From NCBI GenBank assembly GCA_036560705.1, contig DATBQR010000054.1, forward strand, positions 9,711 through 73,710: a stretch of 64,000 nucleotides of DNA, read 5' to 3'. The stretch comes from Burkholderiales bacterium. GTDB taxonomy: Bacteria > Pseudomonadota > Gammaproteobacteria > Burkholderiales > SG8-39. Position numbers and translations under genes: made by a program. A model generated the notes under the pieces. The model saw only the letters and a list, made by a program, of their open reading frames with translations, was not told where the DNA came from and searched no databases. Positions 31,615-41,926 of this stretch are shown one piece after another. Numbering within the stretch: position 1 is the first letter of the stretch; every line of letters starts with the position of its first letter.

Positions 31615-32806
31615 AGAGTTCTTCCCTGTGCGCGGCCAGCTCGGCGCTCGACGGGAAGAACCAGGAAGCGACGAACACGCCGCCGGCGAGCGCCGCCAGC
31701 ACCAGGAAAACGTTGCTGAAGCCGCCTTCGGTCCGGTGCAGCGTGGCGATCATGGGCGCGGCGACCGAGGCGACCCCGAGCGAGACGACGTAGCGCACGC
31801 CGAGCACGCGCGCGCGGTACTCGTCGGCCACGTACTTGCCGACGATGGCGTCGTTCAGCGGGATCTGGCCGAATACCGCCAGCATCATCAGCAGCGCCGC
31901 GCCGAGCATCGCCCAGCCCTGCAGGTTCGCCGCGAAGTAGAGCATCGGGATCTGCACCAGGCCGACGGCGATCATCAGGCGGCGCAGTTCGAAGCGGTCG
32001 ATGAGCGCGCCCATCAGCACCTGGGCGAACGCGGCCATCGTGTACACGCCCGCCACCAGCAGCCCGATGCCGAAGTTGGTCTGCGTCAGCGCCGAGAGCC
32101 GCTCGTCGAACAATTTCGGCATCGAGATGGTGGTCGAGTTGAAGATGATGCCGCCGCAGGCGGTCGCGATCAGCATGATGGCGAAGATGCGCGACATCAT
32201 GCGCGCATCGACGTGCAAGCCCAGCGACTTGGCCGTCTTTTTCACTTTTCCGGGGTCTTTTACAAGAATTAAAAATAAAATCCCTGCAAAAACACACACC
32301 GCACCCGGCACGAAGAAGGCCGCGCGCCAGCCGGCCACGTCCGCCAGCGCCCCGGTGAGCAGCGCGGCCGTCGCCAGGCCGAGATTCCCCCAGAGGCCGT
32401 TCCAGCCCAGCGCGCTCCCCATTTTCTCGCTGCTCGTCACCAGCATCGCGATGCCGACCGGATGGTAGATCGCGGCGAACATGCCGGTGACGATCAGGCC
32501 GGCCGCGATCTGCAGGGAATTCTGCGCAAAGCCGGTGACAAAAAGGGAAATGCCCATGCCGAAGAAATACAGCGCCAGGACCTTGTAGCGGCCCCAGCGA
32601 TCGGCCAGCCAGCCGGCCGGAATGGCGAATCCGCCGAACGCGACCGCGCCCCAGAAGGTCAGCTTGATGACATCCGAATAGTCCTGGTTCCAGTCCCGCA
32701 CGAGCAGCACGGCCGCCGTCGGAAAGACCAGCATCGCCAGGTGGTCGAGCAGGTGCCCGAGGTTGAGAAAGGGGACCAGCCAGCGGTTCTTCATGAGCCG
32801 CAACAT
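31589..32806 (-). CDS. MFS transporter
   Basis: A 12-TM pattern with GWLADRWGRYK. Start is at an internal ATG (32806 or 32794). The upstream track extension is Arg/Pro-rich non-coding. Confidence 0.8.
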   Translation of the reverse strand: MLRLMKNRWLVPFLNLGHLLDHLAMLVFPTAAVLLVRDWNQDYSDVIKLTFWGAVAFGGFAIPAGWLADRWGRYKVLALYFFGMGISLFVTGFAQNSLQIAAGLIVTGMFAAIYHPVGIAMLVTSSEKMGSALGWNGLWGNLGLATAALLTGALADVAGWRAAFFVPGAVCVFAGILFLILVKDPGKVKKTAKSLGLHVDARMMSRIFAIMLIATACGGIIFNSTTISMPKLFDERLSALTQTNFGIGLLVAGVYTMAAFAQVLMGALIDRFELRRLMIAVGLVQIPMLYFAANLQGWAMLGAALLMMLAVFGQIPLNDAIVGKYVADEYRARVLGVRYVVSLGVASVAAPMIATLHRTEGGFSNVFLVLAALAGGVFVASWFFPSSAELAAHREELSNRQAQAA

Positions 32807-32858
32807 ACTCCTTTTCGCACGGCCGGGCTTTTGCTGTTTCGCAAGTAAAATCAGCGGC

Positions 32859-33464
32859 ATGCTTGAGACCAGCGCACTCGCCTGCGAGCGCGGCGGGCAA
32901 CGCCTGTTTTCCGACCTCGGCTTCGCCCTGGCGCCGGGCGGCCTGCTGCGCGTGCACGGCGCCAACGGCGCCGGCAAAACGACGCTGCTGCGGATTCTCT
33001 CCGGGCTGACGCGCCCCGCGGCCGGCAGCGTGCGCTGGCACGGCAAGGAAGTCGACGACGACTATCGGGCGGAGATGCTGTTCCTTGGACATGCCCCCGC
33101 GCTGAAAGCCGAATTGACCGTGATTGAAAACCTGGAATTCTCGGCGCAGCTCTCGGGCTTGAAAAATTCCGACTGCGGGAAAGCCCTTCAACAGCTCGGC
33201 ATCGAACGGCTCGCCGGCCTGCCGGCCTCCTATCTCTCGCAAGGCCAGCAACGGCGGGCCGCCCTCGCCCGGCTCGCGCTTGCCGCGCACGTTCCGCTGT
33301 GGCTGCTCGACGAGCCGTTCGCGGCGCTGGACGACGGGGCGATCGGGCGGGTGAGCGCGCTTTGCGCCGCCCATCTCGCTGCCGGCGGCATGCTGGTGCT
33401 GACTTCGCACCAGGATGTGCCCGTCGCGGCGCCAACAACGCAGACCGTCGAACTCGAGGGCTGA
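32859..33464 (+). CDS. ccmA: heme exporter ATP-binding protein CcmA
   Basis: 201 aa with GANGAGKTTLLR, LSQGQQRR and WLLDEP. It is the first gene of the ccm operon. Confidence 0.9.
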   Translation: MLETSALACERGGQRLFSDLGFALAPGGLLRVHGANGAGKTTLLRILSGLTRPAAGSVRWHGKEVDDDYRAEMLFLGHAPALKAELTVIENLEFSAQLSGLKNSDCGKALQQLGIERLAGLPASYLSQGQQRRAALARLALAAHVPLWLLDEPFAALDDGAIGRVSALCAAHLAAGGMLVLTSHQDVPVAAPTTQTVELEG

Positions 33465-33469
33465 GCGCC

Positions 33470-34135
33470 GTGCACGGATTCGCTTTGATCGTCCGCCGCG
33501 ACCTGCGCCTCGCGCTGCGCCGCAAGGGCGACGTGCTGAACGTGCTGGTGTTCTTCCTCGTCGTCGCCAGCCTGTTCCCGCTCGGTGTCGGCCCCGAGCC
33601 GGACCAGCTGCGCGCCATGGCGGCGGGCGTGGCGTGGGTCGCCGCGCTGCTCGCCGCGGTGATTTCGCTGCCGCGCCTCTTCGCCGCCGACCTCGCCGAC
33701 GGCACGCTGGAGCAACTGCTGCTCTCGCCGCAGCCCCTGGCGGTCGTCGTGCTGGCGAAAATCGCGGCGCACTGGCTGTGCACCGGGCTGCCGCTCGCGC
33801 TGGTCGCGCCGCTGATCGGCCTGCAATACGGGCTGCCCGCGGACGCGCTGGCCATCCTGCTCGCTTCGCTGCTGCTCGGCACGCCGGTGCTCAGCCTGCT
33901 CGGCGCCGCCGGCGCGGCGCTCACCCTGGGCGTGCGCGGCGCCGGCGCGCTGGCCGGCCTGCTGCTCCTGCCGCTGTACGTGCCCGCTCTGGTTTTCGGC
34001 GCGGGCGCGGTGACGGCAGCGATGAGCGGTCTCGATCCCTCGGCGTACCTGGCGCTGCTCGGCGCGCTTCTTGCGGTATCCTCGCTGGTCGGCCCCTGGG
34101 CCGCGTGCGCCGCGCTTCGGATCGCACTCGATTGA
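33470..34135 (+). CDS. ccmB: heme exporter permease CcmB
   Basis: GTG start, 221-aa hydrophobic ORF (ADLADGTLEQLLLSP). Confidence 0.9.
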   Translation: MHGFALIVRRDLRLALRRKGDVLNVLVFFLVVASLFPLGVGPEPDQLRAMAAGVAWVAALLAAVISLPRLFAADLADGTLEQLLLSPQPLAVVVLAKIAAHWLCTGLPLALVAPLIGLQYGLPADALAILLASLLLGTPVLSLLGAAGAALTLGVRGAGALAGLLLLPLYVPALVFGAGAVTAAMSGLDPSAYLALLGALLAVSSLVGPWAACAALRIALD

Positions 34136-34148
34136 TGAATTCCGGCAG

Positions 34149-34886
34149 ATGAAACCCGACTTGTTCCGCTACGCCGCCCCGCAGGCATTTTTTCCCGTCG
34201 CCGGGAAACTGATCCCGTGGTTTTCGGTCCTAGCTGGCGTGCTCGCGCTCATCGGTCTTTACATTGCGTTTTTCGTCGCGCCCACCGACTTCCAGCAGGG
34301 CGAGGCGTACCGCATCATCTTCATCCACGTGCCCGCCGCCTGGATGTCCATGTTCATCTACCTGGTGATGGCGGGCTGGGCCGGCATGGGCCTCGCGCTG
34401 AACACGCGGCTCTCGGGCATGATGGCCTCGGCGCTGGCGCCCACCGGCGCGATGTTCACCTTCATCGCTCTGTGGAGCGGCGCGCTGTGGGGAAAGCCCA
34501 CCTGGGGCACCTACTGGGTGTGGGATGCGCGGCTCACCTCGGAGCTGATCCTGCTGTTCCTCTACCTCGGCTTCATCGCGCTCAAGGGCGCGATCGCCGA
34601 TCCGGTGCGCGCCGACCGCGCCGGAGCGGTGCTGGCGCTGCTCGGCGCGGTGAACGTGCCGATCATCTACTTCTCGGTACAGTGGTGGAACACGCTGCAC
34701 CAGGGATCGTCGATCAACCTGATGGCCGCGCCGACGATGGCGGCGACCATGCTCGCCGGCATGCTGGTGATGGCGCTGGCGGCATGGATGTACGGCGTCG
34801 CCGCCACGCTCGCGCGCCTGCGCAACATCATCCTCGAGCGCGAGCGCGACGCCGACTGGGTTCGGCTGCAGAGGTCGGCGGCGTGA
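34149..34886 (+). CDS. ccmC: heme exporter/heme lyase component CcmC
   Basis: 245 aa with the WWD motif region ([12 protein letters not shown]) and conserved His residues. Confidence 0.92.
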   Translation: MKPDLFRYAAPQAFFPVAGKLIPWFSVLAGVLALIGLYIAFFVAPTDFQQGEAYRIIFIHVPAAWMSMFIYLVMAGWAGMGLALNTRLSGMMASALAPTGAMFTFIALWSGALWGKPTWGTYWVWDARLTSELILLFLYLGFIALKGAIADPVRADRAGAVLALLGAVNVPIIYFSVQWWNTLHQGSSINLMAAPTMAATMLAGMLVMALAAWMYGVAATLARLRNIILERERDADWVRLQRSAA

Positions 34887-35017
34887 ACTGGGGCGGCGTG
34901 AACGAGTTCCTCGCGATGGGAGGCTACGGCTTCTATGTTTGGGGTTCGTACGGGGTCGCCGCCCTGTGTATTTTTCTGGAAATTTTCTTTCTGAGAAGCA
35001 AAAGACAAAAATCATGA
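34883..35017 (+). CDS. ccmD: heme exporter small subunit CcmD
   Basis: 44-aa single-TM ORF. The sequence [19 protein letters not shown] matches the CcmD core. GTGA overlaps ccmC and ATGA overlaps ccmE. Confidence 0.7.
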   Translation: MNWGGVNEFLAMGGYGFYVWGSYGVAALCIFLEIFFLRSKRQKS

Positions 35018-35481
35018 AGCCCCGTCACCAACGCATGGTCGCCATCGGCGCGGGCGTCGCGCTGGTGGCGATCGCCACCGGGCTGGTGCTGTACGCGTTC
35101 CAGGGCAACGTGGTGTTCTTCTTCAGCCCGAGCCAGGTGGCGGCGAAGGAAGCGCCGCTGGACCGCACTTTCCGCGTCGGCGGCATGGTCGAAAAAGGCA
35201 GCCTTAGGCGCAGCGCCGACGGCCTCACGGTCCAGTTCATCGTCACCGACACCGCCAAGAGCATCCCGGTCGTCTACACCGGCATCCTGCCGGACCTGTT
35301 CAAGGAGGGCAAAGGCGTCGTCGCCCAGGGCAAGCTCGGGACGGACGGCGCGTTCCATGCCGGCGAAGTGCTCGCCAAGCACGACGAGAACTACATGCCG
35401 CCGGAAGCCGCGCACGCGCTGTCGAAGGCGGAAGCGGAGAGAACGGCCCGCAGCGTCGTGCCCTCCGGAGGAATGCGATGA
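35014..35481 (+). CDS. ccmE: heme chaperone CcmE
   Basis: 155 aa with a membrane anchor, an OB fold and the heme-binding His motif ([12 protein letters not shown]). Confidence 0.92.
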   Translation: MKPRHQRMVAIGAGVALVAIATGLVLYAFQGNVVFFFSPSQVAAKEAPLDRTFRVGGMVEKGSLRRSADGLTVQFIVTDTAKSIPVVYTGILPDLFKEGKGVVAQGKLGTDGAFHAGEVLAKHDENYMPPEAAHALSKAEAERTARSVVPSGGMR

Positions 35482-37445
35482 TTCCCGAGCTCGGCCACTT
35501 CGCCCTCATCGTCGCGCTGGCGATCGCGCTGACGCAGGCCGTGCTGTCGCTGACCGGCGCGGCCCGCGGGATCCCGGGCTTCATCGCGGTGGCGCGCCCG
35601 GGCGCGCAGGGCCAGTTCGTCTTCGTGGCCATCGCCTTCGGCTGCCTCGCCTGGTCCTTCTACAGCAACGACTTCTCGGTGCTCAACGTGGCGAGCAACT
35701 CCAATTCCAGCCTGCCCGCCCATTACCGCATCGCGGCGACCTGGGGCAGCCACGAAGGCTCGCTGCTGCTGTGGGTGCTGATGCTCTCCGTGTGGATGGT
35801 GGCGGTGTCGGTCTTCAGCCGCAGCCTGCCCGACGACATGGTGGCGCGCGTCCTCGGCGTGATGGGCCTGATCGCCGTGGGCTTCCTGTCCTTCATGCTG
35901 TTCACTTCCAACCCGTTCGAGCGCCTGCTGCCCGCCGCCGCCGACGGCCGCGACCTGAATCCGCTGCTGCAGGACCCCGCGATGGTGATCCATCCGCCGA
36001 TGCTCTACATGGGCTACGTCGGCTTCTCGGTCGCTTTTTCGTTCGCCATCGCGGCGCTGCTCGACGGGCGCCTCGATGCGGCCTGGGCGCGCTGGTCGCG
36101 GCCCTGGACCACCGCGGCGTGGATGTTCCTCACCGTCGGCATCATGCTCGGCAGCTTTTGGGCCTACTACGAACTCGGCTGGGGCGGCTGGTGGTTCTGG
36201 GACCCGGTGGAAAACGCCTCCTTCATGCCCTGGCTGATCGGCACCGCGCTGATCCACTCGCTCGCCGTGACCGAGAAGCGCGGCGCCTTCAAATCCTGGA
36301 CGGTGCTGCTGGCGATCTTCGCGTTCTCGCTCAGCCTGCTGGGGACCTTCCTGGTGCGCTCCGGCGTGCTGACCTCGGTGCACGCTTTCGCCACCGATCC
36401 CAAGCGCGGCGTTTTCATCCTCTGCTTCCTCGCGCTGGTGATCGGCGGCTCGCTCGCGCTGTACGCCTGGCGTGCGCCGCGCGCGGCGCCGGGCGGACGC
36501 TTCGAGCTGCTGTCGCGCGAATCCATGCTGCTCGCCAACAGCGTGCTGATGCTGGTCGCCTGCGCGGCAGTGCTGCTCGGCACGCTCTATCCGCTGTTTC
36601 TGGACGCGCTCGGCCTCGGCAAGATTTCCGTCGGCCCGCCCTACTTCGAATCGGTGTTCGCGCCGCTGATGGCGCCGGCGATCCTGCTCGCCGGCATCGG
36701 CCCGCTGGTCGCCTGGCGCAGCGGCGACGCCGCGCAGCTCGCGCGGCGGCTGCGCTGGGCGGCGATCGCCGCGCTGCTGGGCGCCCTCTTCGTGCCGCTG
36801 CTGTTCGGCCGCTGGGCGCTGCTCACCAGCGGCGGCCTGCTGCTCGCGCTCTGGATTCTCGGCGGCGCTCTGACAGCTTTAGTTCTGAAAATAAAATCAA
36901 ATGCGAAAATCACCCGCGCTTTCGCCGGCATGCTGCTCGCCCACGCGGGCATCGGCGTGTTCATCCTCGGCGTGACGCTGGTGAAGAGCTACGAATCCGA
37001 GCGCGACCTGCGCATGGCGCCGGGCGACACCGTCATGCTCGGCGGCTACGCGTTCCGCTTCGACGGCGTGAAGGAAGTCGCCGGCCCGAACTATGCGGCG
37101 GTGCGCGGCGCCATCAACGTGCAGCGCGACGGCCGGCAGGTCGCCGATCTCGCGCCGGAAAAGCGCATCTACCGCGTGCAGCGCAACCCGATGACCGAAG
37201 CCGCGATCAACGGCGGCGTCACGCGCGACCTGTACGTGTCCCTGGGCGAGGCCGCGGGCCCGGAGGGAACCGCCTGGACCGTGCGCATCCACGTCAAGCC
37301 CTTCGTTAAATGGATCTGGAGCGGCTGCCTGCTGATGGCGCTGGGCGGCCTGCTGGCGGCGAGCGACCGGCGCTACCGCGCTTCCTCGCGCCGGCGCGAG
37401 GAAGCGCCGGTCGGCGATGAAACGGTCGTCCGCAGTACCGCATGA
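35478..37445 (+). CDS. ccmF: cytochrome c heme lyase subunit CcmF
   Basis: 655-aa polytopic ORF with a WWD domain ([15 protein letters not shown]). Confidence 0.95.
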   Translation: MIPELGHFALIVALAIALTQAVLSLTGAARGIPGFIAVARPGAQGQFVFVAIAFGCLAWSFYSNDFSVLNVASNSNSSLPAHYRIAATWGSHEGSLLLWVLMLSVWMVAVSVFSRSLPDDMVARVLGVMGLIAVGFLSFMLFTSNPFERLLPAAADGRDLNPLLQDPAMVIHPPMLYMGYVGFSVAFSFAIAALLDGRLDAAWARWSRPWTTAAWMFLTVGIMLGSFWAYYELGWGGWWFWDPVENASFMPWLIGTALIHSLAVTEKRGAFKSWTVLLAIFAFSLSLLGTFLVRSGVLTSVHAFATDPKRGVFILCFLALVIGGSLALYAWRAPRAAPGGRFELLSRESMLLANSVLMLVACAAVLLGTLYPLFLDALGLGKISVGPPYFESVFAPLMAPAILLAGIGPLVAWRSGDAAQLARRLRWAAIAALLGALFVPLLFGRWALLTSGGLLLALWILGGALTALVLKIKSNAKITRAFAGMLLAHAGIGVFILGVTLVKSYESERDLRMAPGDTVMLGGYAFRFDGVKEVAGPNYAAVRGAINVQRDGRQVADLAPEKRIYRVQRNPMTEAAINGGVTRDLYVSLGEAAGPEGTAWTVRIHVKPFVKWIWSGCLLMALGGLLAASDRRYRASSRRREEAPVGDETVVRSTA

Positions 37446-37966
37446 AGCGTTTCCTCTGGCCGCTGGGCATCTTCATCCTGCTGGTCGGCTTTCTCGCCGC
37501 AGGGCTGACGCTCGACCCGCGCGAAGTGCCCTCGCCGCTCATCGGCAAGGCGGCGCCCGCCTTCGACCTGCCGGTGCTGCAGCAGCCGGACAAGCATTTC
37601 ATTCCCTCCGACATGCGCGGCAAGGTGTGGCTGCTCAACGTCTGGGCCTCCTGGTGCGTGTCCTGCCGCGACGAACATCCGGTGCTGGTGGAGCTGTCGA
37701 AGAAGGGCGTGCTGCCGATCCTCGGCCTGAATTACAAGGATAAGAGCGAGGACGCGCAGCGCTGGCTGGCGCAGTTCGGCAACCCGTACCAGGTCTCCGT
37801 GATGGACGCCGACGGTCGCACCGGCATCGACTACGGCGTCTACGGCGTGCCGGAGACCTACGTGATCGACGCCGAAGGGGTGATCCGCTACAAGCAGATC
37901 GGCCCGGTCACGCCGGCGATCCTGGAACAGAAAATCCTGCCGCTCGCGATGGCGCTGAAAAAATGA
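37442..37966 (+). CDS. ccmG: periplasmic thiol:disulfide oxidoreductase CcmG/DsbE
   Basis: 174 aa with a thioredoxin-fold WCVSC active site and GVYGVPET. Confidence 0.9.
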   Translation: MKRFLWPLGIFILLVGFLAAGLTLDPREVPSPLIGKAAPAFDLPVLQQPDKHFIPSDMRGKVWLLNVWASWCVSCRDEHPVLVELSKKGVLPILGLNYKDKSEDAQRWLAQFGNPYQVSVMDADGRTGIDYGVYGVPETYVIDAEGVIRYKQIGPVTPAILEQKILPLAMALKK

Positions 37967-38403
37967 GAAGTCTGCTCCTGGCCGTGCTTTTTCTCGTTGC
38001 GGGTCTTTCCATTGCGGAAAATCCGGAAACGGAAAACCGCATCCGCAGCCTGGAAGGAAAACTCCGCTGCCTGGTGTGCCAGAACCAGTCGCTCGCCGAT
38101 TCGAACGCCGAGCTGGCGCAGGACCTGCGCCGGCAGCTGCGCGAACAGGTGGCGGCCGGGCGCAGCGACGCCGAGATCACGGACTACCTGGTGCAGCGCT
38201 ACGGCGATTTCGTGCTCTACGAGCCGCCCTTCAAGGCCAGCACCGCGCTGCTCTGGATCGGGCCTTTCGCCCTGCTCGCCGGCGCGCTGGCCGCGCTTGT
38301 CGCAATCCTCCGGCGCCGGCGGCGCGCGCCCCAGGAGGCGGCGCTCGGCCCGGAAGAACGGCGCCTGGTCGAGCGCGTGCTCGGGCCCGGGGACCAGGCA
38401 TGA
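37963..38403 (+). CDS. ccmH: cytochrome c-type biogenesis protein CcmH
   Basis: 146 aa with a signal peptide and the LRCLVCQNQSLADSNA motif. Confidence 0.9.
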   Translation: MRSLLLAVLFLVAGLSIAENPETENRIRSLEGKLRCLVCQNQSLADSNAELAQDLRRQLREQVAAGRSDAEITDYLVQRYGDFVLYEPPFKASTALLWIGPFALLAGALAALVAILRRRRRAPQEAALGPEERRLVERVLGPGDQA

Positions 38404-39500
38404 TCCTGTTCTGGTCGATCGCCGCGGCCTTCACCGCGGCGGCCCTGCTGTTCCTGCTGCCGCCGCTGCTGCGCAGCCGCACCACGGCGCCGGACGCGCA
38501 TGTGGCGGCGAATGCCGCGATCTACCGCGAGCAGCTCGCGGAACTCGCGGCCGACCTGCAGCGCGGCGCCGTCACGCGCGAAGAGTTCGAACGCTCCGGC
38601 CGCGAGATCGAGCACCGCATCGTCTCGGAGCATGGCCTGCCGGCCGCCCCGCAACCCGCAGGGTGGCGGCCAAACACGGCGGTGGCGGTGCTGGTCGGCC
38701 TGCTGCTCCCGCTCGCCGTGGTGCTCGGCTACCGGCAGCTCGGCGAGCCGCGCGCGCTGGACCCCGAATCGGCGCAGGCCTCCGCGCAGCAGATGGACGC
38801 GCTGGTGCAACGCCTGTCCGCCCACCTGCAGCAGACACCCCAGGACGCCGATGGCTGGACCTTGCTCGCGCGCGCACTGTCTTCGCTGGGCAGGTACGAC
38901 CCCGCGTCGCGGGCCTATGCCCGGGCGCTGCAGCTGCTGCCGGACAACCGCGACCTGCTGGTGGAGTTCATCAAGGCGCTCGCGCTCGCGGGGAGCGCGG
39001 AATTCGACGGCAAGAACTACGCCGGCGCGATCGGCTACTGGGAGCGCATCCTGCCGTTCGCGCCGCCGCAATCCGAGTTCGCGCGCACCGTGTCGGCAAG
39101 CATCGCCGAGGCGAGGCAGCTGGGCGGCATCGCCACCCCTGCCGGCGCCTCGCTGCAGGGTATCGTCAGCCTTGCTCCCTCCCTGAAGGGCAAGGTTTCT
39201 CCCGGCGATACCGTCTTCGTGCTTGCCCGGTCGACGGGAGGAAAACCCGGCGGTTCGAAAATGCCGCTGGCGGTGGTGCGGATCACCGCAGACAAACTGC
39301 CTTACTCGTTCGCGCTCGACGACAGCATGGCGATGGCGCCCGACGCGAAGCTCTCCGGCCAGGCCAGGGTCACCGTGGTCGCGCGCATCTCGAAATCCGG
39401 CAACGCGCTGCCGCAGAAAGGCGACATCGAGGGCGCGAGCGCGCCCGTGGCGCCCGGCGCCTCCGGCGTGAAGGTCGTCATTTCGAAAATCGTGAACTGA
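38400..39500 (+). CDS. ccmI: cytochrome c-type biogenesis protein CcmI (TPR)
   Basis: ATGA overlap with ccmH. It has an N-terminal TM pair followed by TPR-like repeats. The upstream part of the track ORF is off-frame. Confidence 0.8.
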   Translation: MILFWSIAAAFTAAALLFLLPPLLRSRTTAPDAHVAANAAIYREQLAELAADLQRGAVTREEFERSGREIEHRIVSEHGLPAAPQPAGWRPNTAVAVLVGLLLPLAVVLGYRQLGEPRALDPESAQASAQQMDALVQRLSAHLQQTPQDADGWTLLARALSSLGRYDPASRAYARALQLLPDNRDLLVEFIKALALAGSAEFDGKNYAGAIGYWERILPFAPPQSEFARTVSASIAEARQLGGIATPAGASLQGIVSLAPSLKGKVSPGDTVFVLARSTGGKPGGSKMPLAVVRITADKLPYSFALDDSMAMAPDAKLSGQARVTVVARISKSGNALPQKGDIEGASAPVAPGASGVKVVISKIVN

Positions 39501-39544
39501 CGCGGGAGGGGAAGACAGGGCTCCTCCCCGTCTACAATCCGTAC

Positions 39545-40108
39545 ATGACCGACGTCACGGGAATCGTGCTCGCCGGCGGCCAGGGGCGCCGCATGGGCGG
39601 CGTGGACAAGGGCCTGCAGCTGCTGCACGGCAAGCCGATGGTGGCGCAGGTGCTCGCGCGCCTCGCGCCCCAGGTCTCCGAGATCGTCATCAACGCCAAC
39701 CAGAACCTCGACGTCTACGCCGGCTTCGGCCATCGCGTGGTGCCCGACGCCATCGGCGGCTTCGCCGGCCCGCTCGCCGGGTTGCACGCGGGGCTCGGCG
39801 CAGCGCACCACCCTCTCGTGCTCACGGCGCCCTGCGATTCGCCCTTTCTGCCGCACGATCTTTTCGCCCGCTTGAGAAGCAAGCTCGGCGAGAACGAGCT
39901 GGCGGTGGCGAAAACGGGAGATCAAGCGCATCCGGTTTTTGCCCTCGTCAGGACTTCGGTGAAGAAAAATCTTGAAAACTTCCTGTCCGGCGGCGGCCGG
40001 AAAATCGACGCCTGGTATTCATCGCTCAAGGTCGTCGAAGTGTCGTTCGACGACGAAGCCGACGCCTTCCGCAACATCAACACGCGCGAAGAACTGAAAG
40101 AGGCATGA
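39545..40108 (+). CDS. mobA: molybdenum cofactor guanylyltransferase MobA
   Basis: 187 aa with LAGGQGRRMGGVDKG and the PCDSPF motif. Confidence 0.9.
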   Translation: MTDVTGIVLAGGQGRRMGGVDKGLQLLHGKPMVAQVLARLAPQVSEIVINANQNLDVYAGFGHRVVPDAIGGFAGPLAGLHAGLGAAHHPLVLTAPCDSPFLPHDLFARLRSKLGENELAVAKTGDQAHPVFALVRTSVKKNLENFLSGGGRKIDAWYSSLKVVEVSFDDEADAFRNINTREELKEA

Positions 40109-41367
40109 GCAGCATCGCGCAGGTGGTGAGTTGCCTGGACGGCTACGATCCGGAGGCGCTGCGCGTGGACAAGGCCGGCGAGGCGATCCGCGCCTGCCTG
40201 ACGCCGGTCGCAGAAACCGAAACCGTCCCGCTGCGCGAAGCGCTCGGCCGCGTGCTGGCGCAGGAAATCGTGCCGCAGATCGACGTTCCCGGCCACGACA
40301 ATTCGGCAATGGATGGCTGGGCCGTCAGAAGCAGGGATCTTTCCTTCGAAAAGGAAATTCAACTTCTGGAAATCGGTAAGGCACTTGCCGGTAAGCCCTT
40401 CCACAACCCGGTCGGTGCCGGAGAATGCGTGCGCGTGATGACCGGGGCGGTGATGCCGGACGGCGCGGACACGGTGGTGGTGCAGGAAATCTGCCGCGCC
40501 GAAAACGGCCGCGTCGCGGTGCCGCCCGGCCAGAAGGCGGGCCAGAACGTGCGCGCCGCCGGCGAGGACCTGAAGGCGGGCGTGCCGGTGCTGCACGCCG
40601 GGCAGCCGGTGCGCGCCGCCGAACTCGGCCTGATCGCCTCGCTCGGCATCGGCGAAGTGCGCGTCCGGCGCCGGTTGCGGGTGGCGTTCTTCTCCACCGG
40701 CGACGAACTGACCTCGATCGGCACGCCGCTCAAGGAAGGCCAGGTCTACGATTCCAACCGCTACACCCTGCACGGCATGCTGCGCGGCCTCGGCGTGGAG
40801 ATCATCGACATGGGCGTGGTGCGCGACGATCCCGCCCTGCTGGAAGCCGCCTTCAGGAAGGCGGCTGCCGGCGCCGACGCCATCATCACCACCGGCGGCG
40901 TGTCGGTCGGCGAGGCCGATTTCGTCAAGCAGCTGATGGCGCAGCTGGGCGAGGTGCTGTTCTGGAAAATCGCCATGCGCCCCGGCCGGCCGATGGCCTT
41001 CGGCAAGATAGGCAAGGCATTTCTGTTCGGCCTGCCGGGAAATCCGGTCGCCGTGATGGTGACGTTCCATCAGTTCGTCCGCGATGCCCTGCTTTTCCTC
41101 GGCGGCAGGACGGATTCCTTTGAAATTCCGCTGTTGAAAGCAGTCAGCGAAACCGCCGTCCGGAAAGTCCCCGGCCGCACCGAGTACCAGCGCGGCGTCG
41201 TCTACCGCGACGGCAGCGAGTGGAAAGTGCGCACCACCGGCCAGCAGGGTTCGGGCGTGCTGCGTTCGATGTCGGAGGCGAATTGCTTCATCGTGCTCGA
41301 ACACGAGCGCGGCAAGGTTGCGGCGGGCGAACGGGTGCAGGTCCAGCTGTTTGAGGGCTTACTGTGA
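40105..41367 (+). CDS. moeA: molybdopterin molybdenum/tungsten transferase MoeA (paralogue 2)
   Basis: 420 aa with DNSAMDGWA, GGVSVGEADF and PGNPVA. ATGA overlaps mobA. Confidence 0.9.
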   Translation: MSSIAQVVSCLDGYDPEALRVDKAGEAIRACLTPVAETETVPLREALGRVLAQEIVPQIDVPGHDNSAMDGWAVRSRDLSFEKEIQLLEIGKALAGKPFHNPVGAGECVRVMTGAVMPDGADTVVVQEICRAENGRVAVPPGQKAGQNVRAAGEDLKAGVPVLHAGQPVRAAELGLIASLGIGEVRVRRRLRVAFFSTGDELTSIGTPLKEGQVYDSNRYTLHGMLRGLGVEIIDMGVVRDDPALLEAAFRKAAAGADAIITTGGVSVGEADFVKQLMAQLGEVLFWKIAMRPGRPMAFGKIGKAFLFGLPGNPVAVMVTFHQFVRDALLFLGGRTDSFEIPLLKAVSETAVRKVPGRTEYQRGVVYRDGSEWKVRTTGQQGSGVLRSMSEANCFIVLEHERGKVAAGERVQVQLFEGLL

Positions 41368-41401
41368 AGCAGGGCCTGCTGTGAAGCCCCGCGCCGAGGC
41401 G

Positions 41402-41926
41402 ATGAGCCGCATCCATCCCGATCTCGCGCCGCTCGCGCGCGTCGCCAAGACCTTCAGCAAGGCATTTCGCACCACGGGCAAGGTGAACGAGCCCGGCCTG
41501 GCCGCCGCGCTGCGCGGGGCCGTGGCGGGGAACACCGGCTGGCTAAGGCGCGAACACCGCGTCGGCGACCCCGCGCGCTTCATGCGCCACCTGCTCTATG
41601 TAGACCCCGACGACGACTTCGTCATCACCGCGATCACCTGGCTGCCGGGCCAGCAAAGCCCGGTGCACGGCCACTACGTATGGTGCGCCTACGGCGTCGC
41701 CGAGGGCGAGCTGACCGAGGAAATGTTCCGCGCGCCGGGCGCCCTGCTCGAAACGATCGGCACGAAAGCGATCCGCGCCGGCGAGCTCGCCGACATCGAC
41801 CTCGGCGGCCCGCTGTACCACCGCGTCTCCAACCGCACGCAGCGGCCGCTGGTGACGCTGCATGTCTACGGCGTGGCCTCCGGCAGCCTCACCACCGGCA
41901 TCAACCGGCTCTACGGCGAGGAATGA
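41402..41926 (+). CDS. cysteine dioxygenase-like cupin
   Basis: 174 aa. The sequence WLPGQQSPVHGH fits the bacterial CDO/3-mercaptopropionate dioxygenase cupin motif. The stop overlaps the ctaA start. Confidence 0.65.
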   Translation: MSRIHPDLAPLARVAKTFSKAFRTTGKVNEPGLAAALRGAVAGNTGWLRREHRVGDPARFMRHLLYVDPDDDFVITAITWLPGQQSPVHGHYVWCAYGVAEGELTEEMFRAPGALLETIGTKAIRAGELADIDLGGPLYHRVSNRTQRPLVTLHVYGVASGSLTTGINRLYGEE

